DNA from: Candidatus Poribacteria bacterium
Lineage (GTDB): Bacteria; Poribacteria; WGA-4E; WGA-3G
Direction: 5' to 3'
Assembly: GCA_965205025.1 (NCBI GenBank)
Contig: CBDBFU010000025.1
Location: 25,574 to 89,573, forward strand
DNA length: 64,000 nt
Position numbers and translations under genes: made by a program. Below are positions 38,049 through 48,819 of this stretch, in pieces. Each line of letters opens with the position of its first letter. Position 1 is the first letter of the stretch. Under the pieces are notes generated by a model. It was not told the origin of the DNA and did no database searches. It saw only the letters and a list, made by a program, of their open reading frames with translations.

Positions 38049-41042
38049 TTACTCCACTTTTTCAAAACCATTTCTACCGTTCTGTTGCCAATTATCTGAT
38101 TTCTGTTTCAATTTTTCAATATCTAATGGATTCTGTATATCCACGATATGTGGAGTGATGATGAAGACAATCTCTGTATCTTGGACTTCAGTTTCTGTAC
38201 TCTTGAAAAGCCTACCAAGTAATGGAATATCTCCAAGAATAGGCACTTTATTCTCGACTTCCTTCTGTTTCTTACGGATAATACCTCCAACCACAAGTTG
38301 TTGTCCGTCTTCTACATCTATATAAACGCTCAGAGTATTATCATCTGTAATTGGGGCGTTAAAATCTGTAAACTCTATGAAATTACTTGCACTGATGTTA
38401 GTAATGTCTAAACCAATTGTCCTTTTACCATCTTCTCCTGCTTTTGATCTGGCAATATAGGGTGTAAGTTCTATATTTATCCCAACTGGTGGGTCAATAA
38501 AGTCATAATTGAAGAGCGGTTGTGTTGCCGTATCTCCCAGGATACTGTTTGTATCAACACTCTGTAAATATGGAATTCGTCTTCCACTACTCCATGTAGC
38601 TGGTCTACTATCCCGTGTCAGTAGTGAAGGTGTAGATAGTGTTTTGACCTTATTCTCACGCATTAGTGTGTGAAGTAGTGCCATATACTCTTTCGTAGCT
38701 AAACTATAATTAAAACCTGAGATTTCCTGATCAAGACCGAGTTCTGATTCAGCATCTCCAATAAGAGGATTCTTTGAATTGAGTTCTATTCCACCCAGAT
38801 TCCTTTCTTTTACTGTTGCTTCTATACCCAGTTTCGTTCTTTCATCAAGGGTAACCTCAAGAATCTTAATATCTATCCAAACTTGTCCTCGCACGAAATC
38901 AAGCTTCTTAATGAGTGCTTCAACTTGGCTCATATATCGTCTTCTTGTGGTAACAATTAGAGAATTTGTGTCTGTTTCTGCAAATACGGTAACCTTTCCG
39001 AATAAAGAATTAATATCTGTTGGTTCATCATCAAAGGAGTCTCGAAGGAATCTACTGAAGCTAAAACCATCTTCATCTTGTTGTTGCCGCCCCTGCCATA
39101 CCTGTGATAAAATCTGTGCTATTGCGTCTGCGGTAGCATATTCAAGACGAATTGTCTTTGTAATTTCCACCTGATTTGGTGGTGTAGGAACATCAATTTG
39201 TCCAATAAATTCCTCAACAAGGTCAAAATTCCGTTTAGTTCCAGTAGATACTATCACAGCATTCAAATTACTATAGGGTTGTGCAGTGACATTTCCCGCA
39301 AGTGACCCTTGTGTTTGTGCAGATGTTGCTGTTGTAGACTGTCGACTACGTATCCACCACCAATCATCATAGCGATTTCCAGTGTTACTTTGGTTTCCCC
39401 CGTAGTGTGAATTGAGTAGTTCAGCGACATTGTTGGCATCAGCATATTTTAAGTTGAATATTCGAGTTCCCCACTCTTGTTCTGGCATACTCACATCAAG
39501 CTTTTCGACTAATTCATCGATCATTGGAAAATTCTGTGCTGCAGTCGTAATAATTAGAGCATTTAGTCTTACATCAAAAACGATATGTACATCACCTTGT
39601 ACACCGAAACCACCCTCAGATGATTCGTCCCCTCTACCACGTTCCCACCAAGGACGATACCTATCATCGTCATCTCCACCACTACCTCCTTCAAATAATT
39701 CCTGTAAATTTGTGGACATATCTTCAGCATTTGAATGCTTCAGGAAATACATTTTGATTTCTTCCGAAGTCTTTTTCTGATCAAGTTCATTGATCAATTG
39801 TTCAATAATTGTAAAGTTACGTGGGTCGGAGGAAACAACTACAATGTTTAATCGATCATCGCGTGAGAGATTGACTAAACCTATAATCCCCTGAAATAAA
39901 TCACCTGTATTGACATCATCCCGCCGATATGTAAGCATTTCGAGGATGTCTTCTCTGTCAAAAGATCTTCTCCCGCCTTGAATATTATCTCCAGTGATAA
40001 TTTCTTCAAGTGTTGTTACTACAGCCTCTGCAGAAGCGTATTTTAAACGATATGTCCGAATTTCAGTCTGTAGAGTGGGGGCATTATCAAGATGGTTGAT
40101 AATCTCTTTTACAATTACAAGGTTATCTTCAGATGCCTTAAGGATAAGTGTGTTCGAGTTTGTATCTGCATAGACCCTAATCATCCCTTCAATCAGTTCT
40201 ACACCTAAACCTTGCTCAATCGCTTGTTTAATCTGTTCAGGATCAATCCCTGTATCTCCTCTGATGGGTTTTGTATCTTCTCTATTATCTTCAAAAACTC
40301 GATTGAGTGTTTGAGCAACCGCTTGAGCATCTGCAGAATTAAGTGGAATTACTGCGATTTTTAAGGGGAAACGTTCTCCAGCATCTGCAAATTGTAATAT
40401 GGATACGATTCTGTGGACACTGGATGAGACATCGGTAATAATAAGTGCATTCGTAGCTTTATCAGCAAATATATTTGCTTTACTATTCAATAAAGGTTTA
40501 AGTGCGTTAACTTGTTCTGATGCGGATGCGTTTTGAAGTTGTATTATGTAGGTCTGTATTTCATCAGTTAGTTCAACTTGATCAGGATCCGGTGTAATTC
40601 TTTTAACCGGACCTGTCATGATAATTGCTTTGTCAAATGTTGTGACAATGAGTGTGCTATTTCTTCTAACTAATGTAAGGTTATATTGTGCAAGTACAGT
40701 TTTGACTTCTTCAATAACTTCATCAACGGTTACATCAAACAGATTTATAAGTGAAAACCTTTTGTCCCGGATGTCGTCTTCAGTTGCAATAATGGTTAAA
40801 TCAGTTTCACGTGATAACCATTCCAAGACGTTTTTTATGTCCTGACTGGTAAAGTTGAAGTTTACCCGTGTGGCTCTGCCTGTTTCTTCATCTCTTTCAA
40901 CCACTTCCATCTGTCCGCGGTCTTGTGCAAATGTGTCTGTATGAATTAATCCAAGAAAGCATAGAGTAATTAGAACTCCTAAACATTGTATATGTTTTTG
41001 TTTCCATATTGGACAAATTACATTATTTAAAATATAGATCAT
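38049..41042 (-). CDS. gspD: Type II secretion secretin, copy 2
   Basis: Signal peptide, N0 and several N3-like repeats (LKYASA, LKHSNA, LKYADA), secretin core KVPILGDIPLLGRLFKS. Start set at ATG 41042 after an RBS. Confidence 0.9.
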   Translation of the reverse strand: MIYILNNVICPIWKQKHIQCLGVLITLCFLGLIHTDTFAQDRGQMEVVERDEETGRATRVNFNFTSQDIKNVLEWLSRETDLTIIATEDDIRDKRFSLINLFDVTVDEVIEEVKTVLAQYNLTLVRRNSTLIVTTFDKAIIMTGPVKRITPDPDQVELTDEIQTYIIQLQNASASEQVNALKPLLNSKANIFADKATNALIITDVSSSVHRIVSILQFADAGERFPLKIAVIPLNSADAQAVAQTLNRVFEDNREDTKPIRGDTGIDPEQIKQAIEQGLGVELIEGMIRVYADTNSNTLILKASEDNLVIVKEIINHLDNAPTLQTEIRTYRLKYASAEAVVTTLEEIITGDNIQGGRRSFDREDILEMLTYRRDDVNTGDLFQGIIGLVNLSRDDRLNIVVVSSDPRNFTIIEQLINELDQKKTSEEIKMYFLKHSNAEDMSTNLQELFEGGSGGDDDDRYRPWWERGRGDESSEGGFGVQGDVHIVFDVRLNALIITTAAQNFPMIDELVEKLDVSMPEQEWGTRIFNLKYADANNVAELLNSHYGGNQSNTGNRYDDWWWIRSRQSTTATSAQTQGSLAGNVTAQPYSNLNAVIVSTGTKRNFDLVEEFIGQIDVPTPPNQVEITKTIRLEYATADAIAQILSQVWQGRQQQDEDGFSFSRFLRDSFDDEPTDINSLFGKVTVFAETDTNSLIVTTRRRYMSQVEALIKKLDFVRGQVWIDIKILEVTLDERTKLGIEATVKERNLGGIELNSKNPLIGDAESELGLDQEISGFNYSLATKEYMALLHTLMRENKVKTLSTPSLLTRDSRPATWSSGRRIPYLQSVDTNSILGDTATQPLFNYDFIDPPVGINIELTPYIARSKAGEDGKRTIGLDITNISASNFIEFTDFNAPITDDNTLSVYIDVEDGQQLVVGGIIRKKQKEVENKVPILGDIPLLGRLFKSTETEVQDTEIVFIITPHIVDIQNPLDIEKLKQKSDNWQQNGRNGFEKVE

Positions 41043-41184
41043 TGATAAATCCTCACAATCCAAGAACACATTGAGTGGGTTTGTCTTCTTCTTATGATTG
41101 GTATAAAGTATGTATATTTCATTTTTTAGTATTTATTATATTCAACATTGGCAATAATGAAGTGTATTGAGTATTATGAAATCT

Positions 41185-44184
41185 TCACTTATCTGACTCC
41201 ATATCGTCAATTCTTTGAAACTCACCTTTACCGTTTTTTTGCCAGTTTTCTGCTTTCTGTTTCAATTTTTCAAGATCTTCAGGATTCTGTATATCTACGA
41301 TATGGGGAGTGATAATAAAAACGATCTCGGTATCCTGAACTTCATTCTCTGTACTCTTGAAAAGTCTTCCAAGTAAAGGAATATCTCCAAGTATTGGCAC
41401 CTTATTTTCAACTTGTTTTTGTTTTTTCCTTATAATACCACCGACAACAAGCTGCTGACCATCTTCGACGTCAATATAGACACTCAGTGAATTATCATCA
41501 GTAATTGGTGCATTAAAATCAGTAAACTCTATAAAATTACTGGCACTTATATTTGTAATATCTAAACCAATTGTCCTCTTACCATCTTCTCCTGCTTTTG
41601 ACCTTGCAATATATGGAATGAGACTAATATTTATTCCAACTGGCGGATCAATAAAGTCATAATTAAAGAGGGGTTGTGTTGCTGTATCACCAAGTATACT
41701 ATTTGTATCAACACTCTGTAAGTATGGAATCCGTCTTCCACTACTCCAAGTAGCAGCCCTACTGTCCCGTGTCAAAAGTGATGGTGTGGAAAGTGTTTTA
41801 ACTTTATTCTCACGCATTAGTGTATGTAATAGTGCCATATACTCTTTTGTGGCTAAACTATAATTAAAACCGGTTATTTCTTGAGTGAGACCAAGTTGTG
41901 TATTTGTATTCCCAACAAGCGGATTTCTTGAATTCAGTTCTATACCCCCCAAATTTCTTTCATTTGCTGCCACTTCTATACCAAGTTTTGTAGTTTCATC
42001 AAGAGTGACTTCAAGAATCCTAATATCTATCCATACTTGTCCTCGCACGAAATCAAGTTCTTTAATTAATTCTCTGACCTGTTCAAAATATCGTCTTCTT
42101 GTTGTTACTATTAAGGAGTTTGTGTCTGGATCAGCAAAAACAGTTACCTTACCATGTAATGAATTTATGTCAGTAGGTTCTTCGTTGGTATCATCTCTAA
42201 AAAATCGATTAAAACTAAAACTTACATCACTGTCTTGGTCCTCCCAGACTTGGGAAAGTACTTCTGCAATAGTTTCTGCTGTTGCATATTCAAGCCGGAT
42301 AGTGTCGGTAATTTCTACTTGTTCTTCAGGGGTGGGAACGTCGATCTGTTTAATAAAATCTTCGATCATTTCAAAATTTCTTTTAGTGCCAGTAGAAATA
42401 ATAATTGCATTCAGATTAACAAATGGTTGTGCGGAAACGTTACCAGCCAAGGATCCTTGTGTTTGAGTGGTTCTTGTGTTTGATTCACGAGAACGTCTCC
42501 ACCACCAATCATCATAAGGATCTCTACTACTTTGGTTTCCACCATAATGTGAATTGAGTAGTTCTGCGACTTTTTCAGCATCAGCATAGTTTAGATAGAA
42601 TATCCGTGTTCCCCACTCTTGGTCCGGCATACTAACATCCAGTTTACTAATAAGGTCATCTATCATAGGGAAATTCGCGGTAGCCGTTGATATGAGTAAA
42701 GCGTTTAGACGGACATCATGGACTATATGTACATTTCCTTGTACTCCAAAACCTCCACCATCTGTCGGTTCTCGGTCTATCCTTTCCCACCATGGACGAT
42801 CTCGATCTTGTCCAGCACTACCCCCTTCAAATAGATCCGTCAAATTAGCTGAAAGTGCTTCTGCATTGGAATGTTTAAGGAAATACATTTTCATTTCCGC
42901 TTCCGTTTTCTTCTGGTCAAGTTCAGTAATAATTTTCTCAAGAATTGAGAAGTTTCGCGGATCAGTTGAAATTACAACTATGTTTAAACGGGAGTTATAA
43001 GAAGTGTTTACTAAACCGACTATACCTTGAAAGAGATTCTCAGACATTCCACGTTCGCGCCGGTTGCGAAGTAATCGGAACATTTCATCCCTATCCAAGG
43101 TTCGGCGTCTGTTCCTACCTTGGATATTATTCCCAGTGATTATCTCTTGAAGTGTAGTAACAACATCTTCTGCTGATGCGTATTTCAGTCGATAGGTTCG
43201 GATTTCAGTCTGTAGTGTTGGTGCTTTATCAAGATGCAGTATGATTTCTTTAAGTATAACAAGGTTATCTTCAGAAGCTTTTAGGATGAGTGTATTAGAA
43301 TCTGCGTCAGCATATACCTTAATCATGCCAGCAATTAAATTGACTCCTAAACCTTGTTCTATAGCCTGCTTAACCTGTTCTGGATCAATACCAGCATTCC
43401 CAGCAAACTTCTCGTCGTTATCGTCATTATCCTCAAAAACTTTTGTTAGGGTTTGTGCGACTTCAGTAGCTACGGCAGCACTAAGCGGAATTACTGCAAT
43501 TTTTAATGGAAAACGTTCTCCTTCATCAGCAAATTGTAGGATAGAGACAATTCTTCGTACATTAGAGGACACGTCGGTTATGACAAGAGAATTAGTCGTA
43601 CTATCAGCAAATATATTTGCTCTATTATTTAATAAAGGTTTTAAGGCATTAGCTTGATCAGATGCAGAAGCATTTTGTAGGGGGATTATGTATGTTTGTA
43701 TTTCATCTGTAAGTTCAACCTGCTCTGGATCTGGTTCAATCTGTTTGACAGGTCCTGTCATAACAATTGCTTTTTCAAAAGTTGTGACGATAAGGGTACT
43801 ATTTCTTCTAACAAATGTAAGGTTATATTGTGCCAGTACGGTTTTGACTTCCTCAATGACCTGGTCAATGGTTACATCATACATGTTAATGAGCGAAAAT
43901 CGTTTGCCTTGGATATCATTTTCGGTAGCAATTATAGTTAGATCCGTTTCTCGTGATAACCATTCTAAGACACTCTTAATTTCTTCACTGGTAAAGTTGA
44001 AGTTGACTTTGGTTGCCCTTCCTGTTTCTTCATCTCTTTCAGCTACTTCCATTTGTCCGCGATCTTGTGCATAGACATCTGCATTTAAGAGTCCCATTAA
44101 GCAAAAACCGACTAACAAGCCAAAACATATTATCTGTTTATTTCCCTTAATTTGAGAAATAAACTTTGTTAAGAGAAATATCAT
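41185..44184 (-). CDS. gspD: Type II secretion secretin, copy 1
   Basis: Full-length paralog of the downstream copy; same secretin core; start overlaps the stop of the upstream gene. Confidence 0.9.
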   Translation of the reverse strand: MIFLLTKFISQIKGNKQIICFGLLVGFCLMGLLNADVYAQDRGQMEVAERDEETGRATKVNFNFTSEEIKSVLEWLSRETDLTIIATENDIQGKRFSLINMYDVTIDQVIEEVKTVLAQYNLTFVRRNSTLIVTTFEKAIVMTGPVKQIEPDPEQVELTDEIQTYIIPLQNASASDQANALKPLLNNRANIFADSTTNSLVITDVSSNVRRIVSILQFADEGERFPLKIAVIPLSAAVATEVAQTLTKVFEDNDDNDEKFAGNAGIDPEQVKQAIEQGLGVNLIAGMIKVYADADSNTLILKASEDNLVILKEIILHLDKAPTLQTEIRTYRLKYASAEDVVTTLQEIITGNNIQGRNRRRTLDRDEMFRLLRNRRERGMSENLFQGIVGLVNTSYNSRLNIVVISTDPRNFSILEKIITELDQKKTEAEMKMYFLKHSNAEALSANLTDLFEGGSAGQDRDRPWWERIDREPTDGGGFGVQGNVHIVHDVRLNALLISTATANFPMIDDLISKLDVSMPDQEWGTRIFYLNYADAEKVAELLNSHYGGNQSSRDPYDDWWWRRSRESNTRTTQTQGSLAGNVSAQPFVNLNAIIISTGTKRNFEMIEDFIKQIDVPTPEEQVEITDTIRLEYATAETIAEVLSQVWEDQDSDVSFSFNRFFRDDTNEEPTDINSLHGKVTVFADPDTNSLIVTTRRRYFEQVRELIKELDFVRGQVWIDIRILEVTLDETTKLGIEVAANERNLGGIELNSRNPLVGNTNTQLGLTQEITGFNYSLATKEYMALLHTLMRENKVKTLSTPSLLTRDSRAATWSSGRRIPYLQSVDTNSILGDTATQPLFNYDFIDPPVGINISLIPYIARSKAGEDGKRTIGLDITNISASNFIEFTDFNAPITDDNSLSVYIDVEDGQQLVVGGIIRKKQKQVENKVPILGDIPLLGRLFKSTENEVQDTEIVFIITPHIVDIQNPEDLEKLKQKAENWQKNGKGEFQRIDDMESDK

Positions 44185-45428
44185 TGATAGATCCTCGCAA
44201 TCAAGAACAACTCAACAGTTATTTTTTCTTGTTTATTATCTGTGGAGATTTTAAGATCTCTCACCATCAACCACTTGGATGAAGTTTCAATTATCCGATT
44301 GAGATTAACAAGTTTATCCAATTCAGCCTTAAACTTCATTTTTATTGAATAACTCTCAGGAGTATATGTTGAAGGAGCTAACCTCAACCCTTTTGTAAGT
44401 TCTTCAATTTGTGCCTGTATTTTCTCAAGATATTGAAGTAGAACTAAAGTAAGCTGCTTCTTATCTAATTCTTGTCCATAGTCATCAAGGAGAACATCAA
44501 AAGTATCTAATATTTGACTATTTGGGTTAAAACTAATTTCTGTGGTTGGTTTTTTTTCACCAATACCAAAGAAACCTGCTTTAGATTCTGATTGTATCTT
44601 ATAGAATTCCTTTTCAAATAGAGCACTCTCTGCACCTACGAGTTGTTGTTGAACCATAGAAATCAGAAGATTAATAAGTTCCACACGAATAGTAGTGGGT
44701 ATATCCTCAGGCAATGATGCGAATTCTTCCTCATCAGAATGACTCTGTTTGTTCTCTGTAACAGGAGTATCCTCATAGGAATCTTCATGTATTTCCTGTT
44801 TTTCATCATTCTTAGTTTCATCAGAATCCTTTTTCACTATTGAATCTTGACTTTTGGATTCGTCTTCATCCTCTGATTCATCTAACCAAGCATTCATTAG
44901 CAGATCCATCATTTCTTCTTCTGCCTGGACTTCAACATCTTCCTGTGCTTGGTTTTCAGCATCAATTTCAGACTGTAAGGTTTCTCTTTCTGTTTCAAGT
45001 TTTTTCTGGTAGAAAAAGTTAATTAAGTTTCGACGGGCTTGGGGAGAGATTCTTTCTGTCTTTTTTCCTGGAATCGGTTCCATGTTTAATTGGTAATTCT
45101 TTGGAATTTGAGCTTCTTTTACAATTGATGTTATTTTTGAGCGAATAACAGTTTCAGGGAAATTATCGTTGAAAATCGAAGCATTCTTACCTTCATCAGC
45201 AAGTCCAGTTTTCTGAAATAATCCAATTTCAATTGGTATCAGCATTCTTGAGGCGGCTACTAAATCTTTAGATGTTTGAAGAGTTTGTTTTTTAACAGCC
45301 ATATCTTCGTTTGATAACATTTTGTATAGAGCAGGTCCCCACTGTGTTACTAATGCTATGATTAATATTACCCCAAGAATACCGATAAGTATTTTGGTCT
45401 GTGTTGTAAGTTGAAGATCTAAATTCAC
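44181..45428 (-). CDS. GspM/PilO-like inner membrane protein with long acidic insert
   Basis: Single N-terminal TM helix; C-terminal YSIKMKFKA..LMVRDLKI ferredoxin-like pattern; position between the GspL-like gene and gspD. Confidence 0.55.
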   Translation of the reverse strand: MNLDLQLTTQTKILIGILGVILIIALVTQWGPALYKMLSNEDMAVKKQTLQTSKDLVAASRMLIPIEIGLFQKTGLADEGKNASIFNDNFPETVIRSKITSIVKEAQIPKNYQLNMEPIPGKKTERISPQARRNLINFFYQKKLETERETLQSEIDAENQAQEDVEVQAEEEMMDLLMNAWLDESEDEDESKSQDSIVKKDSDETKNDEKQEIHEDSYEDTPVTENKQSHSDEEEFASLPEDIPTTIRVELINLLISMVQQQLVGAESALFEKEFYKIQSESKAGFFGIGEKKPTTEISFNPNSQILDTFDVLLDDYGQELDKKQLTLVLLQYLEKIQAQIEELTKGLRLAPSTYTPESYSIKMKFKAELDKLVNLNRIIETSSKWLMVRDLKISTDNKQEKITVELFLIARIYQ

Positions 45429-45494
45429 TTTTTTATCCTTATCAATCCTTAGTAGATATGAAATGTATTAGAAAATATTTGCATATTATAATTG

Positions 45495-47222
45495 TTATTC
45501 TTTTTTGTACTCTTCATCATCTTCTTTCTCATCTTCATTTGATTCATCTGAGTGGTCAATTTCATTATCAGGTAGTGATATATCAATGTCTTCAGATGTA
45601 TCCTCTTTTGTTATTGGTAAAGGTTTAGGATACCGTTCTTGGGCAAACTTCTGGATAGCCTTTGATGTTAAACTACAATTGATTTTTACCTCGATCGTAG
45701 CTCTTCGTTCATCTCCAGTAGAAGTTCTCTCACCTTCCTGAATATTTGTGAACATATCAGATCGACTTAAGACACCTAACATAGAGTCAAGGGATTCGTG
45801 TGAATTTGATTGTAAACTGAATGTTATTCTTGTTTTTTTAAGGTCATCAAGATTGTTCACTTCAAATGTCTTCCATGCAACTTTAGTTCTATCCTTAAAA
45901 AGTGTGCTGAGTGCATGCAAAATATCTAATGGAGATACTTGGTGAGTTAGTTTGTCTGCTAATATTAGATTAAGGGATAGATGTTTATTTGCTTCTAATT
46001 GTAAAGTTTGATAATCAGCAATTTGTCCATCTAATAAAACTTCTTTTGCCTTTTGTGAACTACTCCATGTAATTCCACCAAGTGCAATCGTAAGTAGTGC
46101 TAAGCCACCTACACTTGCTGTAATAAGTTGTTGACGCTTCTTAGAGAATTCAGCACGTTTTACTCCAACTTCTTGTGGTAACAGGGAAATTGGTTCTTCA
46201 GATTCAAGAATATGTATGCCAACACCTAATGGTACTGCTAAGGTATCTCCATGTGTTTCAAGAATAGATGTTGATATTGCAGTGGTATCAACAGAACCAT
46301 CATATATTGGATTCCATAGTTTTGTAGTGATTTGTAGTTGATCTTCACAAGTCTCAGCTAATTCTGGAATTCTTGCACCCCCACCACATAACCAAATTTC
46401 TGAGATTTCAAATTCACTATTAGTAACTTCTCGATGTGCAGCGGAGATAGACCTTTCTAACTCTGCAATAAACTGTCTTGTCCATGTACGTGCTGATGCT
46501 TGAAATGCAGTGATTTGTTGTTTTTCTTGTGCAGCTTCTTCAGCTTCAATTTGCAATTCAGACATAAGATGGCGAGTGAGTTGATTCCCACTCACAGCGA
46601 ATCCTCGTGAAAACTCCATTTTATTCCCATTCATCAAACAGAAATCTGTCTGTCCACCACCAATATCCACAATAGCGACACGTTCGGTGTAGTTATCTAA
46701 TGAACTTCTCGCCACAGTTGCAATTGCGAACATGGATGGGATTACAGCAGAAGGAGAAATACCAATTTCTTTCATAGCATCAATATAACGAGAGACTGTA
46801 TCTCGTCTACTCGAAACTAGCTCTAAAGAAACAGCTTCTGGGGAACGATGCACATCATGATAGGTAAAAATTGCATCTTCTGATTGAAATGGAAGTTCAG
46901 TTTCAGCCGCCATTGCTACCATAGTTGGTAATTGGTCATCAGTTGTTGCTGGGGGTATATTAGGTAGACGTTTTGTAACAACAAACCTACGCGGTAATGC
47001 AATAGCCACTTCAAGTTTATGTTTGTTGAATATAGTCTGCTTTAATTTTAACTTATCCCACAATTGTTTAACTGCAGCAGAAATTTCTTCTGTATTATCC
47101 GGATCTGAATAAGCAATAGTTGCCACATCAACTAAATTTAACGTCCCTGACGATTTTTCTAAGTGAATAATTTTAGCCGATGAAGTTCCAATATCTATTG
47201 CTACTACCTGATTTTTTGCCAT
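45495..47222 (-). CDS. PilM-like actin-fold domain fused to TM + PilN/GspL-like periplasmic domain
   Basis: VAIDIGTSSAK, IVDIGGGQT, IWLCGGGAR (PilM/FtsA fold), then ISLLP, a TM helix and a periplasmic domain. Confidence 0.8.
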   Translation of the reverse strand: MAKNQVVAIDIGTSSAKIIHLEKSSGTLNLVDVATIAYSDPDNTEEISAAVKQLWDKLKLKQTIFNKHKLEVAIALPRRFVVTKRLPNIPPATTDDQLPTMVAMAAETELPFQSEDAIFTYHDVHRSPEAVSLELVSSRRDTVSRYIDAMKEIGISPSAVIPSMFAIATVARSSLDNYTERVAIVDIGGGQTDFCLMNGNKMEFSRGFAVSGNQLTRHLMSELQIEAEEAAQEKQQITAFQASARTWTRQFIAELERSISAAHREVTNSEFEISEIWLCGGGARIPELAETCEDQLQITTKLWNPIYDGSVDTTAISTSILETHGDTLAVPLGVGIHILESEEPISLLPQEVGVKRAEFSKKRQQLITASVGGLALLTIALGGITWSSSQKAKEVLLDGQIADYQTLQLEANKHLSLNLILADKLTHQVSPLDILHALSTLFKDRTKVAWKTFEVNNLDDLKKTRITFSLQSNSHESLDSMLGVLSRSDMFTNIQEGERTSTGDERRATIEVKINCSLTSKAIQKFAQERYPKPLPITKEDTSEDIDISLPDNEIDHSDESNEDEKEDDEEYKKE

Positions 47223-47274
47223 GTATTAACGCCTCTATTTGCGTAAAGATCTAAAAAATTGAATGAATTCAAAA

Positions 47275-48819
47275 TTAGTCAATACGCCAATACGGTATCT
47301 GTAATTGGTTTTCTGTACGAACAACGATCCCTTCACAAACAGCAGTGGTTTTCCCAGTAGGGTCAATTCCGGCTGATTGAATTCGGTAACCATGAGATCT
47401 GTATGTAATCCAATTGATGACTTCTCTGAATGTTTGATTGTCTATTTCTTCAATATCTAAAAGATCAGCAAGATTAGAAAATGGATTTCCTTTGACAGGA
47501 TTTTCAGAATCACTCTGTTCTTCTGGATTTTCGTTACGACGTGTTATGATAGCTTGCGCTTTCTGATGATCCATACCGGGTAATAATGCTAATATCTCTA
47601 CTGGAGCAGTATTAATATTAATTAATCCAGAGATAGTGTTATCATCGGTCGTTGTAATTTTATCAACAATTCTTGAGAATTCTTGTACAGTAGTTACGCG
47701 TACATTTTTAATTGCGTCTATATTCGCGAAATTTCCTTGTGAATCTCTGTGTGCTACAATTCGTTCAGCAATACCACCATCAATACCTTGTAATTCTTCA
47801 AGTTCTTCAGCATCAGCAGTATTGATATTCACACGGTTATCTCCATTATTGTTATTATTATTGTTATTATTGTTGTTATTGTTGTTGTTATTATTGTTGT
47901 TGTTATTCTGAATAGTAAGTCGGTCACGTATATTATTAAACACATTATCAGATACCGCTTGTACATCTAATAATCCTGATATTCCATCAAAGTCGCGTGC
48001 TTGAATGATCGCATTAGCTTCTGCTTGAGTGAAAACTGATTGATTGTTATTCCCTTGAATACCTTGTATCTGTTGGGCATTGGCTGTATTTATATTTGTT
48101 CTTTGTTGTCCACCTGAATCAGTATTACGATCCGTAGAATATATAGTGGCGTATGTTATTAGACCAGCGGATGTTTGCGGTGTTTGTTGTGTCTGTGATG
48201 CCTGTGTAGTATCTGTCGGTGGTGTGGATTGTGTTAATTCAGGTACAGAGGGTTCAACAATTGGTGATCCACTTGTGGCTACAATTTGTGGTTGAATTCC
48301 ATATAGTATTTGTTCTGTCATACCCTCAATTCGTGCTACATCACGTACAGATCTGAATGGACGACCTTGTACTATTCTTGTCGCCAGATCACCTGTTTCA
48401 TTTATCTCTGGTTGAACACCGAGAAAAGAAAGTAAATTTCGGATTGTGTCTTCTTGTGCGCTATTAAGGTTAATTCTTGAAGCCTCATCTGTAATGGAAA
48501 CCTGAAAAGCAAGTTGTTTACCCATTTGTATACGATCTTCAATCTGTTGTTGAATTGGTTCTGCCCAAACTTCACCAAGTGAATCAAAATTAGTTTCATC
48601 TGTACGCAATGCAATTAAACCAAGTTCAAAACCAGATTTTGCAGCATAGTGGTATTTAACTCTGTCAGCAAAGTTGTTACGAGCCTTGCTTTCTAATTCA
48701 AATGAATAGAGCAATTGCATAGCTAAAACAGAAAGAATTGTAATTATCCAGAGTGTAGAAACAAGTGATAAACCTACAGAATTACTACTCTTAGATAAGG
48801 TTGTGTGGGAATATCTCAT
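47275..48819 (-). CDS. gspK: Type II secretion minor pseudopilin K with repeated HhH modules and poly-Asn tract
   Basis: G|LSLVSTLWIITILS prepilin-like N-terminus, ITDEASRINLN, LININTAP..LPG, ITYRS; start set at ATG 48819. Confidence 0.85.
   Translation of the reverse strand: MRYSHTTLSKSSNSVGLSLVSTLWIITILSVLAMQLLYSFELESKARNNFADRVKYHYAAKSGFELGLIALRTDETNFDSLGEVWAEPIQQQIEDRIQMGKQLAFQVSITDEASRINLNSAQEDTIRNLLSFLGVQPEINETGDLATRIVQGRPFRSVRDVARIEGMTEQILYGIQPQIVATSGSPIVEPSVPELTQSTPPTDTTQASQTQQTPQTSAGLITYATIYSTDRNTDSGGQQRTNINTANAQQIQGIQGNNNQSVFTQAEANAIIQARDFDGISGLLDVQAVSDNVFNNIRDRLTIQNNNNNNNNNNNNNNNNNNNNNGDNRVNINTADAEELEELQGIDGGIAERIVAHRDSQGNFANIDAIKNVRVTTVQEFSRIVDKITTTDDNTISGLININTAPVEILALLPGMDHQKAQAIITRRNENPEEQSDSENPVKGNPFSNLADLLDIEEIDNQTFREVINWITYRSHGYRIQSAGIDPTGKTTAVCEGIVVRTENQLQIPYWRID
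47845..47907 (-). repeat. AAT/AAC triplet repeat encoding 21 Asn
   Basis: 63 nt of mixed AAT/AAC codons inside gspK. Confidence 0.95.

Noticed and set aside
38049-44184. Second secretin as an assembly duplication
   Set aside because: The copies differ throughout in synonymous sites, loops and signal peptides.
47636-47911. Plus-strand ORF ending in poly-Leu
   Set aside because: It is the antisense shadow of the poly-Asn tract in gspK.
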